DNA of 64,000 bases, from positions 32,001-96,000 of the IMG/VR virus record IMGVR_UViG_3300027586_000003, one strand, 5' to 3'. Positions 32,356 through 42,131 of the stretch are shown here, one piece after another. Position 1 is the first letter of the stretch. Every line of letters starts with the position of its first letter. This DNA is from a virus. Below the pieces are notes generated by a model, which saw only the letters and a list, made by a program, of their open reading frames with translations, was not told the DNA's origin and did not search any database. The translations under genes were made by a program, and so were the position numbers.

Positions 32356-32370
32356 TTTTCGGGAAAGTAA

Positions 32371-35300
32371 TTAGGATTGCTGCGATGTAAACGCGAGTTC
32401 CGGGTGTTCGTCCGGCTCGTCAGCGCGATTCTTCATCGCCTCCGATTCTTCGAGAATCTTGGCACGAACCTGCTCCGGCGTGACCTCAAAGTTTTTTTCC
32501 AGCACCCAATCACGGACGGACGCCTTGACCGCCCCGATTTGAGTCCCCTTGAGCTTGGGAGCCGCAGCCATAATGTCCTTGCCGGTGAACACGGCTGAGA
32601 GCCGCTTTTCCATCTCCTCTTTCTTGCCGAACTGCTCAACCAAGCGGTCGGCACGGCCCATCTTTTTCTCGAAATCCTCCGCCTTGAACAGCGCACCACG
32701 GGACGCTTCATCGCTGCGCATGACCTCTCGCAGCAGCGGCCAGTTCTTCTCCTGCCGGAACCGCAGCGCGAGCCTGTCGCTCACCGCGTCGAAGTTGTGG
32801 CCGACCATGTGGTGTTCCACCGCCAGCGCAATCGCCTCTTTCTGCTCGTTGCTGAACTTCAACCGTGCGGCTGCCTTCTCCAAGAGCGGGATGCCAGCGG
32901 CCTCGTGCGCGATGTAGGTCGGCTGGCCGTCCTTCTCACCACGGGTGGTGGCCTTGCCGATGTCGTGAAGCAGAATGGCGACGTTCGTTGTCGCATCATT
33001 GGTGTTGCTGGCCTTGACCGCCTCCAAGACGTGCTCATACACGCCGCCCTCCGGGTGGTGCTTCGGGTTGTGCGGCAGTCCACGCATCGCCGCCACCTCT
33101 GGCAGCGTGTGCTCCAGCAGCCCGGCCTCGCTCATCACCGACACGAACTTCGCCAGCGACTTGCCGTTGTCCGCCGCCTTGAACACCTCGTCACGGATGC
33201 GCTCGCCGGAAATCGTGGCGACTGACGGAGCCAGTTTCTTCATGGCGTCCATCGTCTTCGCTTCAATGTCGAAGCCCAGCCGACCGGCGAACCTCGCCGC
33301 CCGAATCATCCGCAACGGGTCTTCAGTGAACCTTGCCTCCGGGTCGCCGACGGCGCGAATCACCTTGGCTTCTATGTCGGCTTTGCCGTTCTGCGGGTCA
33401 ACCAAGTTGCCTGCGGCGTCCATCGCCATCGCATTGATGGTAAAGTCACGACGCTTCGAGTCTTCATCGAAGCTGCCCGCCGCCGTGACAGAATCCGGCC
33501 TGCGCTGGTCGGTGTAAGCCCCGTCCGTGCGGAACTGTGCGACCTCGAATGTGTGGCCCTCATGTGGAATCGCCACAATGCCAAAGTCTGCGCTGTTGCC
33601 GATTTCGTGCGAGCGGAAAGCGGACTGCAACTTCGCTGCGGGCAGCGGCGTCGCAATGTCGAAGTCCTTCGGCGTCTTGCCCATCACCATGTCTCTGACC
33701 GCGCCGCCGACAATGAGCGGATTCGTGCCGGGGAACTGCCGTTCAATCTCACCGAGGATGGACACGGCAGCCTTGGCCTGCGGGTTCGACTCAGCCATCT
33801 CTTTCAATCCGCCGCCTTCCTTGGGTGCGAACTTGCCGTCGGCGGCGCGAGGGTGAAGCGACTCCTCAAACTCGCCGGAGTTACTGATTTTGTTGCTCGA
33901 CTTGTTGAACCGTTTAGAGAGCGGGATGACGTTGCCTTGGTCGTCGCGGGTGATGGGGTCGGCGGATTTGATTTGGGAGGGGCTGAAGACGACAGTGACA
34001 TTGCTCGTGGCTGTCTGCCCCCCTTCGACTACGTTGCTTACCTTGAGAGAATCATGCCCGCGAGTTTGGGCAATGCCTGCGATGTCTCCTATGTCGCTGC
34101 GAGTATTGCCGTAGGTTACATCATACCACTGGGAGCCTTTTGCATCGACTGACAGCGGGTTATTAGTTTTAAGAAACACCTCCATTTGTGGCAGGTCGTT
34201 CACCGGAGAGTCTGCAAAGTATATCCCGTCACCTACGTCGTTTGAAAATTCAGTGAACTTCTTATCTGTCCCGTGATAAGCCTTGGTGCCATACCCCGCC
34301 GCCTTCGCCGCCTCATCCACCATCTTCTGAGCCGTGAACGTGTCGCCCGACGCCACCGCGCCTGCGTAGGCCGCGTCCTGCTCAGGTGTGACCCCCACAT
34401 GGCAAGTGTCGCCGGACTCAATAAAGCTCTCGCCGCAGGGCTGGCCGCTGTTGCTGATTTTGTTGCTCGCCCTGTTGAACCGTTTAGAAAGTGGGATGAC
34501 GTTGCCAGCGGAGTCGAACACAACAGGTGAAGACGACTTTATCCTAGCGGAGTCGAAAACAGCTATCTCCCTGCTGCGAGTTTTCACTTCACCAAGCCCA
34601 CCAGCCGTCATATATCCACTGACAGAATTGAATCCTTTTCTTATTAAGTCATCAATGTCTCTGCTAGATATGTTACTTGAAGACCTTATCCCGTCTTTAA
34701 CTGTTGCCGTTCGCCCCAAGTTGACAAAGTATTTTACAGGCTTCATCATACCAACACCAATGTCTGTGAACTTCAAAAGCCTGTTTGAATCTTCAACCGT
34801 CGGTGTTAGATAGACTGCTTTCCTATACGTTGTTTTTCCAACGCCTTCAGATGGCTTGTAGTCGTCCGGCAACTTGCCAGCGTCAACCGCCTTGACCCAA
34901 GCATCGGCCCCGTGCTTGGCCGCAAAGTCACCCCAAACCTCATTCTCAATCGAAAGCGGTGTCCGTGGATACTCGGTTTGAAAAACCTCAATCGGCGACC
35001 CATTTCTGGTTCGATGGTAGGCAACCGTGTAGCCAGCCGCCTTCGCCGCATCGTCCACCATCTTCTGAGCGGTCACAGTGTCACCCGCCGCCACCGCACC
35101 CGTATAGGCTGCGTCCTGCTCCGGCGTAACTCCGACGTGGCAAGTGTCTCCGGCTTCGATGAATGAATCACCGCACGGCTGGCCGCTGTTGCTGATGTTC
35201 CTGTCGCCCTTACTCCATGTGCCACGGTTGAATGCCGATTTAATCTGTTCAGGACGCAATGCGATGTAACTTGTGCCTTTGGACTCGCCCTTGTTATCGT

Positions 35301-38300
35301 AAATAACACCGTCGTAACCAATGCTGTTGAGCCACTTCACGTTCACGAGCCATCGCCCCTTGCTGCCATAGGTCGAGTTCTCGTTCAGTTCATCAATCCA
35401 TTCTTTGTGTTTGGATTTAGAGATTACCCCTTCGTTGAACATCTTGTTGTGAACATTGTGCCAATCAAAATCATCCAGCCTTAGTGGGTTTTTTATGCTG
35501 ATATAAACAGGCTTTATGTTCGCGCCTTCGGCGTAGGCTGGGTTTTCGTATCCTTGAAAGAATCGGCTTCTAAAGTTGTAATTTATGATGTCGTTTGCCT
35601 GCTGTGCCGTTCCGAAATGCGAGCCTAAACCTTCCTTTACCCTTCCAAACTCCGTGAAACCAGCATTGGTTCCGTGATAGACCACAAGCGGCTTCCCGTC
35701 CTTATCCACAACCTTCGAGTCTCCGAACCATTCCTTGAACTCAGGCGATTCTGTGCTGGCGGGCCTGAGTGCTGGCGCGGTCTGGCCTTCACCTTCACCA
35801 ACATGGCACGTTTTGTCTGCGGAGATTGACGACTCACCGCACGGCTTGCCGGTGTTTCTGTTCAGCATCGGTTCGTCACGATTCGCCAGCTTCTTCGGCG
35901 CAATGCCCATCTCCTTTGTGAACTTGTTTGCCGCCTTCAACACATCTTTGATGTCCATGTCAATTCGGCGCGTCTTGATTTTTGTGTCGCCGAACTTTCC
36001 GTCCTTCGCATCCAGCCCAATCTTCGCCGCCCAGCGGTGGTGCCCATCAATCACATAGCCATCACGCGACACGAAGATGGAGTTCTCATCAAGGCCGACC
36101 GCCTTCTGACCCTCCGGCGACATCATAAACGCCACGTTGCTGCCCTTCAACTCGCTCTGCGACGCTTTCAATGAAGAAGCAGGTTGGTCAATGTCTTCGG
36201 TCTTGACGCCCTTCTTTAAGAGGCTCTGAACGAACGCTTCGCCGACATTAACCTCGCCCGCTTTATCCTTCGGGAAATTTTTCTCATCGTCCACGGTTGA
36301 ACCTTTTACCGGAAACCCAGCCAGTTGCGGCATCTCGGAGCGTGGAATCGGCTTACCGTCGTCGCCCTTCAATGACTCGCCGCAGAACAGGTTGGTTCCC
36401 GGCACGGACACCTTGCACAGATTCAGGTTTACCTTCTCGCCGCTCTTCTTAGCTTCGTTAGCAAACTTGTGGATTTCCTCAATTGCGGTGTTGACCTCTT
36501 TCACGCTTTTCAGAACCACGTCACCACCGCCTTTAAGCGCAGTGACCGCCGCCTTGCCAGCCTCCTCTTCCGCTGTGGCCTTCACCGGCTTCTCCTCAAC
36601 CGCCTTGACCGCAGCTTCCGGTGCCTTCGGCGATTCAGCCGCCTTGGCCGCTTCCGGCTGTGCGCCAAGATACTCGCCTATCTTGTCGGAAAGTTTGCGC
36701 GACGCGCCGATGGCTCGCTGTTGCTGCTGCAAGGCGTGAAGGACTTTCAGTTCCTTCATCTTGTCTGTGTCAGGAAGAGCCTTCGCTGTCTCGACGTGCG
36801 CCTTCAACTCGCCAAGCAATTTGCCAACCTCTTCGATGCTTTTCGGCTTCACCATCTTGATTTGGCCGGACGCTGCCATTGTGGACATGGGCTTGGCACC
36901 CGCAGAATCCGTCTTGCCCGCCTTATCCGCCTTCGGAGTCGCCGCCACCGCCGCCGTGACCGGCGCATCCTTTGTCGGGGCTGTCTCGCCAATGTGGCAC
37001 TCCATTTCCTCGCCGATGAATGACTTGCCGCACGCCTTGTTTTCCAGTGTGCCTTCGCTGTTCTCCTTGACCAACTTCGCAATCTGTTCGTGCATCTCCT
37101 CTGCGGACACACCACGCGGGAATATAAAGCTCACGCGCCCGCCCGGAGCGGCATTCTGCAAGCGAATCTCCGCCATCTTGCCAAGGTCGAAAATAGCGAG
37201 TTCCTTCAACTGCTTGGCCTGCTCCATTGCGCCGCCGACCGCCTTGTGAATCTGAACCACGTCCAAGAAAATCTTGCCGCTCACCTTGTCAAACCAGCCG
37301 CCCATGTGCGCCAGAGGGTCTTTCTTCAACGTCTCTGCCGCCCGGTCGAAGAAACCCTTCACCGCCTTGACGGAAAGCTGCTTGGCGTTCAACACCACCT
37401 CTAAATGCTTGTAGGCACTGACTGCGAAGCCGGACTTTGGAGACTTGTTCTGAGCCGGTTCGTAGGTGAAGCCGCCTGACTTCCTGAGCTTCGTCACCAA
37501 CTGCTTTCCCTCTGCGTGTGAGAAGTCACCTTCACGGCACGTCTTGTCATCGGAAATGAAGGACGCACCGCATGGCTTGTTCGACAGCGCATCGTCTTCA
37601 ATCCACGGTGCGTCGTTGTCCAGTTCTTCGCTGACCGGCTGCGTCGTGTCCTCCATCTTCAACCACGCCTTGAACTCGTCAACCGTCATCGGCGTCACGT
37701 CGCCGACCCGCTCTGCACCGCGACCGTCGCTGAATCCCTTATGATATGTGCTGAGTGCGGTGAACAGGTTCGGGAACGCCAGCATGACCTTGTGTTCGTC
37801 AAAGTCACCCGTGTTGGCATCCACTTGGTCAATCACAAACACCTTGCTGGAATCGGGTGCGTCGCCGAGATACACGTCAACCTCATCTCCGTCGGCTCCC
37901 TCAGTGTCAATGACGTAGCCATACGAAGCTGGCATCACCGTCGCCCAAGTTTCCCCTTCACTGTTCGTCCCACTACGGACGCCGCCCTTGGGATTCTCGA
38001 CGCTGATTGACAGGCCGTTCCACGTCGCCTCGCCCTTCAGGTAGTTGCCGGACTCTTTCTGCGCATCCGTCGGAGCCGCCGCCACCGTCACCGGCTGGCC
38101 TAGCACGGTCGCTGCCACTATGTCGGTGCGGTTGTTGAACTTGCTGTTGTTGCTATTGAACCGCTGGGAAAGCGGAATCACACTGCCAGTATCATCACGA
38201 ACAACCGCATCACTTCGCTTGAATTTTGAAGTGTCAAAGATTGCAATATGCCTTCCGGTCGCTCCCGGCCCGTCGTGTATCGCCGCCGAGAATCCAGCCT

Positions 38301-39009
38301 TCAAAAGTCCAGCGGCTACGCTGCCATACCGACGCTCCAGCGAGATAAGCGGCAAAGCGTCAGTCACAGTTCTTCCGAGAAGTGTTCCGACGGCACCCGC
38401 AACTTCCGGCGTTATTGGCTTTGTCATGTCAACCACACGACCGCCAACGTAACCGGACGCAACTCGGCCAGAGGCAAGTTGCGCTGGATTCCAAGAGCCT
38501 TCCAAGGTCGCATAAATCGCGGGGCCAAGCACCGCTCCTTCCCTTGACTTTGAAATGTCGAAGTCTGCAAAATTAGCATTGGTTCTGTGAACAGCCGGGC
38601 CAACCGTATATCCAGCCGCCGCCGCCGCTTCATCCACCATCTTCTGAGCCGTGGCCGTGTCACCAGACTCCACCGCCTTCGCATACGCCGCGTCCTTCTC
38701 CGGCGTCACCCCAACATGGCAAGTGTCGCCATCCTCAACAAATCCAGCCCCGCACGGCTGGCCGTTCGTAAGCCGCTCAAACGAGTTTGGAACGCTAACC
38801 GCAGGATTAGCCCATTCACTCACCCTGTTCGCCCACGCGCCAGCCTGACGCGCAGGCGGGCCATTCTGGATGAACTCTTTGAACGCAGCACCTCCGGGAA
38901 GGACGGATTGCAATACTTGGCGGGTGACTGCCGCCGGAAACCGGGAGCGGTTCAGGAACGCAACCACCTCACGAACCCGCGTAGCGTAAATAACGGAGGG
39001 GTTGTGCAT
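32371..39009 (-). CDS. 2212-aa polyvalent polyprotein: ART-PolyVal x4, inorganic pyrophosphatase, unknown module, ParB/Srx, CCA-adding nucleotidyltransferase with HD domain
   Basis: YHGT..F..F/G.YF/KNPL/QIKS ART-PolyVal patterns; GNYLKG..ISVENPKG..RSG..YGY..GADGDEVDVY InPase; IDGHHRWAA ParB; VGGAVRD..DFDIAT, EDSKRRDFTINA, EDPLRMIRAARF, HHPEG, LLHDIGK for CCA-HD. Confidence 0.85.
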   Translation of the reverse strand: MHNPSVIYATRVREVVAFLNRSRFPAAVTRQVLQSVLPGGAAFKEFIQNGPPARQAGAWANRVSEWANPAVSVPNSFERLTNGQPCGAGFVEDGDTCHVGVTPEKDAAYAKAVESGDTATAQKMVDEAAAAAGYTVGPAVHRTNANFADFDISKSREGAVLGPAIYATLEGSWNPAQLASGRVASGYVGGRVVDMTKPITPEVAGAVGTLLGRTVTDALPLISLERRYGSVAAGLLKAGFSAAIHDGPGATGRHIAIFDTSKFKRSDAVVRDDTGSVIPLSQRFNSNNSKFNNRTDIVAATVLGQPVTVAAAPTDAQKESGNYLKGEATWNGLSISVENPKGGVRSGTNSEGETWATVMPASYGYVIDTEGADGDEVDVYLGDAPDSSKVFVIDQVDANTGDFDEHKVMLAFPNLFTALSTYHKGFSDGRGAERVGDVTPMTVDEFKAWLKMEDTTQPVSEELDNDAPWIEDDALSNKPCGASFISDDKTCREGDFSHAEGKQLVTKLRKSGGFTYEPAQNKSPKSGFAVSAYKHLEVVLNAKQLSVKAVKGFFDRAAETLKKDPLAHMGGWFDKVSGKIFLDVVQIHKAVGGAMEQAKQLKELAIFDLGKMAEIRLQNAAPGGRVSFIFPRGVSAEEMHEQIAKLVKENSEGTLENKACGKSFIGEEMECHIGETAPTKDAPVTAAVAATPKADKAGKTDSAGAKPMSTMAASGQIKMVKPKSIEEVGKLLGELKAHVETAKALPDTDKMKELKVLHALQQQQRAIGASRKLSDKIGEYLGAQPEAAKAAESPKAPEAAVKAVEEKPVKATAEEEAGKAAVTALKGGGDVVLKSVKEVNTAIEEIHKFANEAKKSGEKVNLNLCKVSVPGTNLFCGESLKGDDGKPIPRSEMPQLAGFPVKGSTVDDEKNFPKDKAGEVNVGEAFVQSLLKKGVKTEDIDQPASSLKASQSELKGSNVAFMMSPEGQKAVGLDENSIFVSRDGYVIDGHHRWAAKIGLDAKDGKFGDTKIKTRRIDMDIKDVLKAANKFTKEMGIAPKKLANRDEPMLNRNTGKPCGESSISADKTCHVGEGEGQTAPALRPASTESPEFKEWFGDSKVVDKDGKPLVVYHGTNAGFTEFGRVKEGLGSHFGTAQQANDIINYNFRSRFFQGYENPAYAEGANIKPVYISIKNPLRLDDFDWHNVHNKMFNEGVISKSKHKEWIDELNENSTYGSKGRWLVNVKWLNSIGYDGVIYDNKGESKGTSYIALRPEQIKSAFNRGTWSKGDRNISNSGQPCGDSFIEAGDTCHVGVTPEQDAAYTGAVAAGDTVTAQKMVDDAAKAAGYTVAYHRTRNGSPIEVFQTEYPRTPLSIENEVWGDFAAKHGADAWVKAVDAGKLPDDYKPSEGVGKTTYRKAVYLTPTVEDSNRLLKFTDIGVGMMKPVKYFVNLGRTATVKDGIRSSSNISSRDIDDLIRKGFNSVSGYMTAGGLGEVKTRSREIAVFDSARIKSSSPVVFDSAGNVIPLSKRFNRASNKISNSGQPCGESFIESGDTCHVGVTPEQDAAYAGAVASGDTFTAQKMVDEAAKAAGYGTKAYHGTDKKFTEFSNDVGDGIYFADSPVNDLPQMEVFLKTNNPLSVDAKGSQWYDVTYGNTRSDIGDIAGIAQTRGHDSLKVSNVVEGGQTATSNVTVVFSPSQIKSADPITRDDQGNVIPLSKRFNKSSNKISNSGEFEESLHPRAADGKFAPKEGGGLKEMAESNPQAKAAVSILGEIERQFPGTNPLIVGGAVRDMVMGKTPKDFDIATPLPAAKLQSAFRSHEIGNSADFGIVAIPHEGHTFEVAQFRTDGAYTDQRRPDSVTAAGSFDEDSKRRDFTINAMAMDAAGNLVDPQNGKADIEAKVIRAVGDPEARFTEDPLRMIRAARFAGRLGFDIEAKTMDAMKKLAPSVATISGERIRDEVFKAADNGKSLAKFVSVMSEAGLLEHTLPEVAAMRGLPHNPKHHPEGGVYEHVLEAVKASNTNDATTNVAILLHDIGKATTRGEKDGQPTYIAHEAAGIPLLEKAAARLKFSNEQKEAIALAVEHHMVGHNFDAVSDRLALRFRQEKNWPLLREVMRSDEASRGALFKAEDFEKKMGRADRLVEQFGKKEEMEKRLSAVFTGKDIMAAAPKLKGTQIGAVKASVRDWVLEKNFEVTPEQVRAKILEESEAMKNRADEPDEHPELAFTSQQS

Positions 39010-39456
39010 TTATAATCCGTCTTGGTCACGAAATGTTCGTTTGCGAGCATCAATTGTCGGCGTGAAAACTTGAGTTGTCTCAGCGTCTAGCACGCTCGGC
39101 AAGTCCACCGCAAAATTACAACGTGCCACGTCACGCAGAATCGCCATTGCCTCCCGCGCCGAATTCGCCCGGTGTCCGTTCGGGTCAATCAGCTTGCCAG
39201 CGCACCGCTTCTCCACCTCAACCACCAACAGGTCAAGTGTTGCCCCCAGAAGCTTCTCAGGAATCGTGTCATCCGGGCCAAGCCGATTTCGCTGGCACGC
39301 CGCAATGTAGCCCCGCACCAAATCTACAACCTGCAACGTCACCGCCGCTACCGGGTCGGCCTGCCCAGCCGCCAATGCCGCCGAACGGAAGGCCGCTAGT
39401 TCCGGGCCGCTGATGCGGGTCTTTAACGAGTTTTCAGAAACAAGAATCCAAGCCAT
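39010..39456 (-). CDS. Head-tail adaptor, Mu gp36/DUF1320-like
   Basis: 148 aa; VRGYI...IP..L....LDL......R.........R......A...LRDVA pattern; position after capsid. Confidence 0.7.
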   Translation of the reverse strand: MAWILVSENSLKTRISGPELAAFRSAALAAGQADPVAAVTLQVVDLVRGYIAACQRNRLGPDDTIPEKLLGATLDLLVVEVEKRCAGKLIDPNGHRANSAREAMAILRDVARCNFAVDLPSVLDAETTQVFTPTIDARKRTFRDQDGL

Positions 39457-39497
39457 AGTGCGAACCGCCGCAGGTCTGCGGCACGGCTCACGCCGTT

Positions 39498-39523
39498 GGT
39501 AACTGCGCCACCGTGGATTTCAA
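39498..39523 (-). promoter_or_regulatory. Candidate late-type promoter TTGAAA-N14-GTTACC
   Basis: Shared motif and spacing. Confidence 0.4.
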
Positions 39524-39549
39524 GCGCAAACGGCTGTCTAGGAATTAAA

Positions 39550-39912
39550 TCAGCCGGAATTAAAAAGCGAACTGCACTTCGGACGGTCAACCTGATGCGC
39601 AAACACCTTCAACCCGCCACGCTTCGCCTCCTGTATCAGCCCGTCAACATCCTCCCCGCTTCGCACCACAACCAAGGCGTCCGCATACGCAATCATCTGC
39701 CGCCGCTGAACTTGAGTCATCCGGTCACTGGCATCGTCTGACGGAAGCCGCCGAACAGGTATCCCGTGTTCCTCTGCCCACTGCTCGCCAAGCGCATCCT
39801 CTGCTGCGCAACCCAACACCACTTCCGACACCGCAAACGGATAAGCCATCATCGCCGCAAATACCTCTCGATACTCCGCCACGCCACCACAACCAGCGAT
39901 GATCGTTCGCAT
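39550..39912 (-). CDS. SLOG/YspA-related (DUF2493-like) protein
   Basis: MRTIIAG...EVV.G.A..DALGE.WA...GIPV...R.QM..YADALV; ATG 39912. Confidence 0.65.
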   Translation of the reverse strand: MRTIIAGCGGVAEYREVFAAMMAYPFAVSEVVLGCAAEDALGEQWAEEHGIPVRRLPSDDASDRMTQVQRRQMIAYADALVVVRSGEDVDGLIQEAKRGGLKVFAHQVDRPKCSSLFNSG

Positions 39913-39993
39913 GGTTACGAAACCTCTTAGAATCAGCAACGTGGTCAAGAGGAAACGGTTGAACTTGTGCCGCGTTGACCGTTTCTAAAAAGC

Positions 39994-40028
39994 AAAAACC
40001 CCGGCTCCTTTCGGAAACCGGGGCTTTT
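39994..40028. terminator. Rho-independent terminator after the major capsid gene (possibly bidirectional)
   Basis: AAAAA-CCCCGG...CCGGGG-CTTTT. Confidence 0.8.
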
Positions 40029-40042
40029 GTTGAGATTTTCGC

Positions 40043-40972
40043 TTAGGAGGTGATGTTCAGTCGGACGGCGGCAGTCGAGTTTGTCACCTTGACATCCTCA
40101 CTCCAGTCAAACTTGGCGACTTCCACACGCCCGTCGTCGCGGACGTAGCTGCCCGGCACCATGTAGTTGTTGGTGAGGCGGAACGTCTTCATAAACGACG
40201 GGTCGCGGCGCGTGGGGTTAGCGCGGCGGGCGAAGATGAGGACGGTGGAATCCAGCACGAAGTTGATGTCTTCGGCGACGCCTTCGGGGGCGTTGTCATA
40301 CACCATGTAGGACACGCGCACGTCAGGGGAGCCGAGGAACAGCGAGGACGCGGATTCCGGGGTGATGTTCGGGATGGCATTGCCGCCAGCCGTGGTGAAG
40401 CGAGCGCGGACGTTCGCCTGATTCTTGAAGATGCGAAACGCAGACGCACCGAACAGGACGCCGACACCCATGAGGGAGCCATACTTCGCGGCCTTGATGA
40501 CGGCGAGAACATAGGTGTCAATGTCGTTGACGGGGTCGGCGGACGAGTTCCACGTCTTGTCGGTTCCCGCTCCGATGCTGGAGAGCGCGGTATCCACGAC
40601 AAGCTTTTCGTGGGCGAGGCCCGCGATTTCAGCGACGAGGGTGGCACCCTCTTCGAGCACGGATTCCAGCCCTTCAGCTTCAAGCTCTTCGAGGTTGTCC
40701 ACAGGGAAGTCGAGGGCGTGCGGGGCGCAATTATAGGTTGCGTCGGCGACGGCGAACGAGAGTTCCGTGGCGCGTCCACCGATGCCACGAAGGGTGGCGG
40801 GGATGCGGAAGCGGTTCTTCTCGGTGTATTGCTTGTAGCGGCCAACGCTGGCAGCGACAGGCACGGTGGGGGCGATGAAGTCGGCGACAGGCTGAACGCC
40901 TTCCTGAGCCGCGCCTTGCGCGTAATCACGAAGCATCTTGCTCTCACTGACGGATTGGAGACGTGTAGGCAT
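40043..40972 (-). CDS. Major capsid protein
   Basis: 309 aa; VAD.IAP.VPV...GRY..Y pattern; follows protease, scaffold and cement, followed by a terminator. Confidence 0.8.
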   Translation of the reverse strand: MPTRLQSVSESKMLRDYAQGAAQEGVQPVADFIAPTVPVAASVGRYKQYTEKNRFRIPATLRGIGGRATELSFAVADATYNCAPHALDFPVDNLEELEAEGLESVLEEGATLVAEIAGLAHEKLVVDTALSSIGAGTDKTWNSSADPVNDIDTYVLAVIKAAKYGSLMGVGVLFGASAFRIFKNQANVRARFTTAGGNAIPNITPESASSLFLGSPDVRVSYMVYDNAPEGVAEDINFVLDSTVLIFARRANPTRRDPSFMKTFRLTNNYMVPGSYVRDDGRVEVAKFDWSEDVKVTNSTAAVRLNITS

Positions 40973-41014
40973 ATTTTGTTTTTGCTGGTTGTTTGGATTG
41001 ACTCGTCAGTATTA

Positions 41015-41440
41015 CTAGATAGTGACGTTGCCGATGTGAACCGGCAACACGTTGACAAGCTGGCCGTCAACGAAATCTTCGAGGGCGATGCCGATAACGG
41101 CATAGGTGCCACTGGCACCGGGGATAGCGCGAACCTTGCCCGCGTCGGCGGCGGTCGCCGGGTCAGCGTTCACCAAGCGAACGCCAGCAGCACCAGTGCT
41201 CTTGGCCTTCACGCGAACCGAGCCGCCGGAGAAGATGGGGCGAAGGGTGGATTTCTCGCCAGCCCCGGCCCCGTCCTCAACCACGCACAGGGCGTTGTCG
41301 GTGATGGCGGCGGGAACAGCGGCGGTCGCGGCACTGGAGGCCGATGCGATGACGACGAGGTAGCCCTCTTTACCGGACAGAGAGGCCGTGCTGTTCACGG
41401 CAATCAGGCCCGACTGAGTGTTCGACATTGTGGGGGACAT
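41015..41440 (-). CDS. Capsid cement/decoration protein (DUF2190-like)
   Basis: Ala/Gly-rich, 141 aa, ending GIALE...DGQLV.VL; directly upstream of the capsid gene. Confidence 0.65.
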   Translation of the reverse strand: MSPTMSNTQSGLIAVNSTASLSGKEGYLVVIASASSAATAAVPAAITDNALCVVEDGAGAGEKSTLRPIFSGGSVRVKAKSTGAAGVRLVNADPATAADAGKVRAIPGASGTYAVIGIALEDFVDGQLVNVLPVHIGNVTI

Positions 41441-41478
41441 ATTTTGGTTTGGTTTGTTCTGATTACGTGGACAGTGAG

Positions 41479-42063
41479 TTAAATGGAGTTTTTGATGGAC
41501 AGTTCCGTGCGTGCCTTATGGAAGGCGTCTCGGTGAGCCATACCCTTGTTGGAAAGCTGAATCTCGGTTGTCCGGTTGCGAATCCACGCGCTGTCAGAGG
41601 CGGGCATGGTGGCAGCGGAATCGCCGACGATGGATGCCGGGAGAGCGGAACGGTTGCGATTATGCAACGGGGCGGACACGGTGGCGGTGTCAGCCGAAGG
41701 AGCAGCGGGAGCCGACTTCAGGCCGGTGAGGAACTTATACGTCGCATCACGGTTGGAAATCAGAGACTCCTTTACGGAGGCGGCGTCGCGGATGACCGAC
41801 TTGAACGCTTCCACGTCGCGGTTGGCAAGCTCTTCGAGGAGGACAACCGTGCGGTTCTGGAGCGACACAATCCGCTCATTAGAAGCGGTCGTCTCAGCGT
41901 TTGCGACAGCGACTTCATCGCGTGCCTTGAGGATGGCATCGTCCATCTGCTCCTTGTAGCCGACCATATCCTTTTGGAAGGATGAGTTAGCCAAAGAGAT
42001 TTCCTCGTCAGTGGCCGAATTCGCCAGACCGAGCAGACTGATAAGTTGTTCTTTGTGATTCAT
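41479..42063 (-). CDS. Head scaffolding protein
   Basis: LLGL..SATDEEI start typical of Mu gpZ-like scaffolds; coiled-coil character; lies between protease and cement. Confidence 0.7.
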   Translation of the reverse strand: MNHKEQLISLLGLANSATDEEISLANSSFQKDMVGYKEQMDDAILKARDEVAVANAETTASNERIVSLQNRTVVLLEELANRDVEAFKSVIRDAASVKESLISNRDATYKFLTGLKSAPAAPSADTATVSAPLHNRNRSALPASIVGDSAATMPASDSAWIRNRTTEIQLSNKGMAHRDAFHKARTELSIKNSI

Positions 42064-42085
42064 ATATCGCGTTCGTTATTGCGGA

Positions 42086-42111
42086 TGTAATTCAAGCCGC
42101 ATGGTTGTCAA
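42086..42111 (-). promoter_or_regulatory. Candidate late-type promoter TTGACA-N14-ATTACA
   Basis: Shared motif; AT-rich upstream element. Confidence 0.45.
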
Positions 42112-42131
42112 AACAATTTTAAGAAATTTTT

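Noticed and set aside
40189-41482. Alternative long ORFs overlapping capsid and cement genes (40189..41118 minus, 40610..41482 plus)
   Set aside because: They have Ser/Pro/Arg-rich off-frame composition explained by GC3 codon bias of the real genes.
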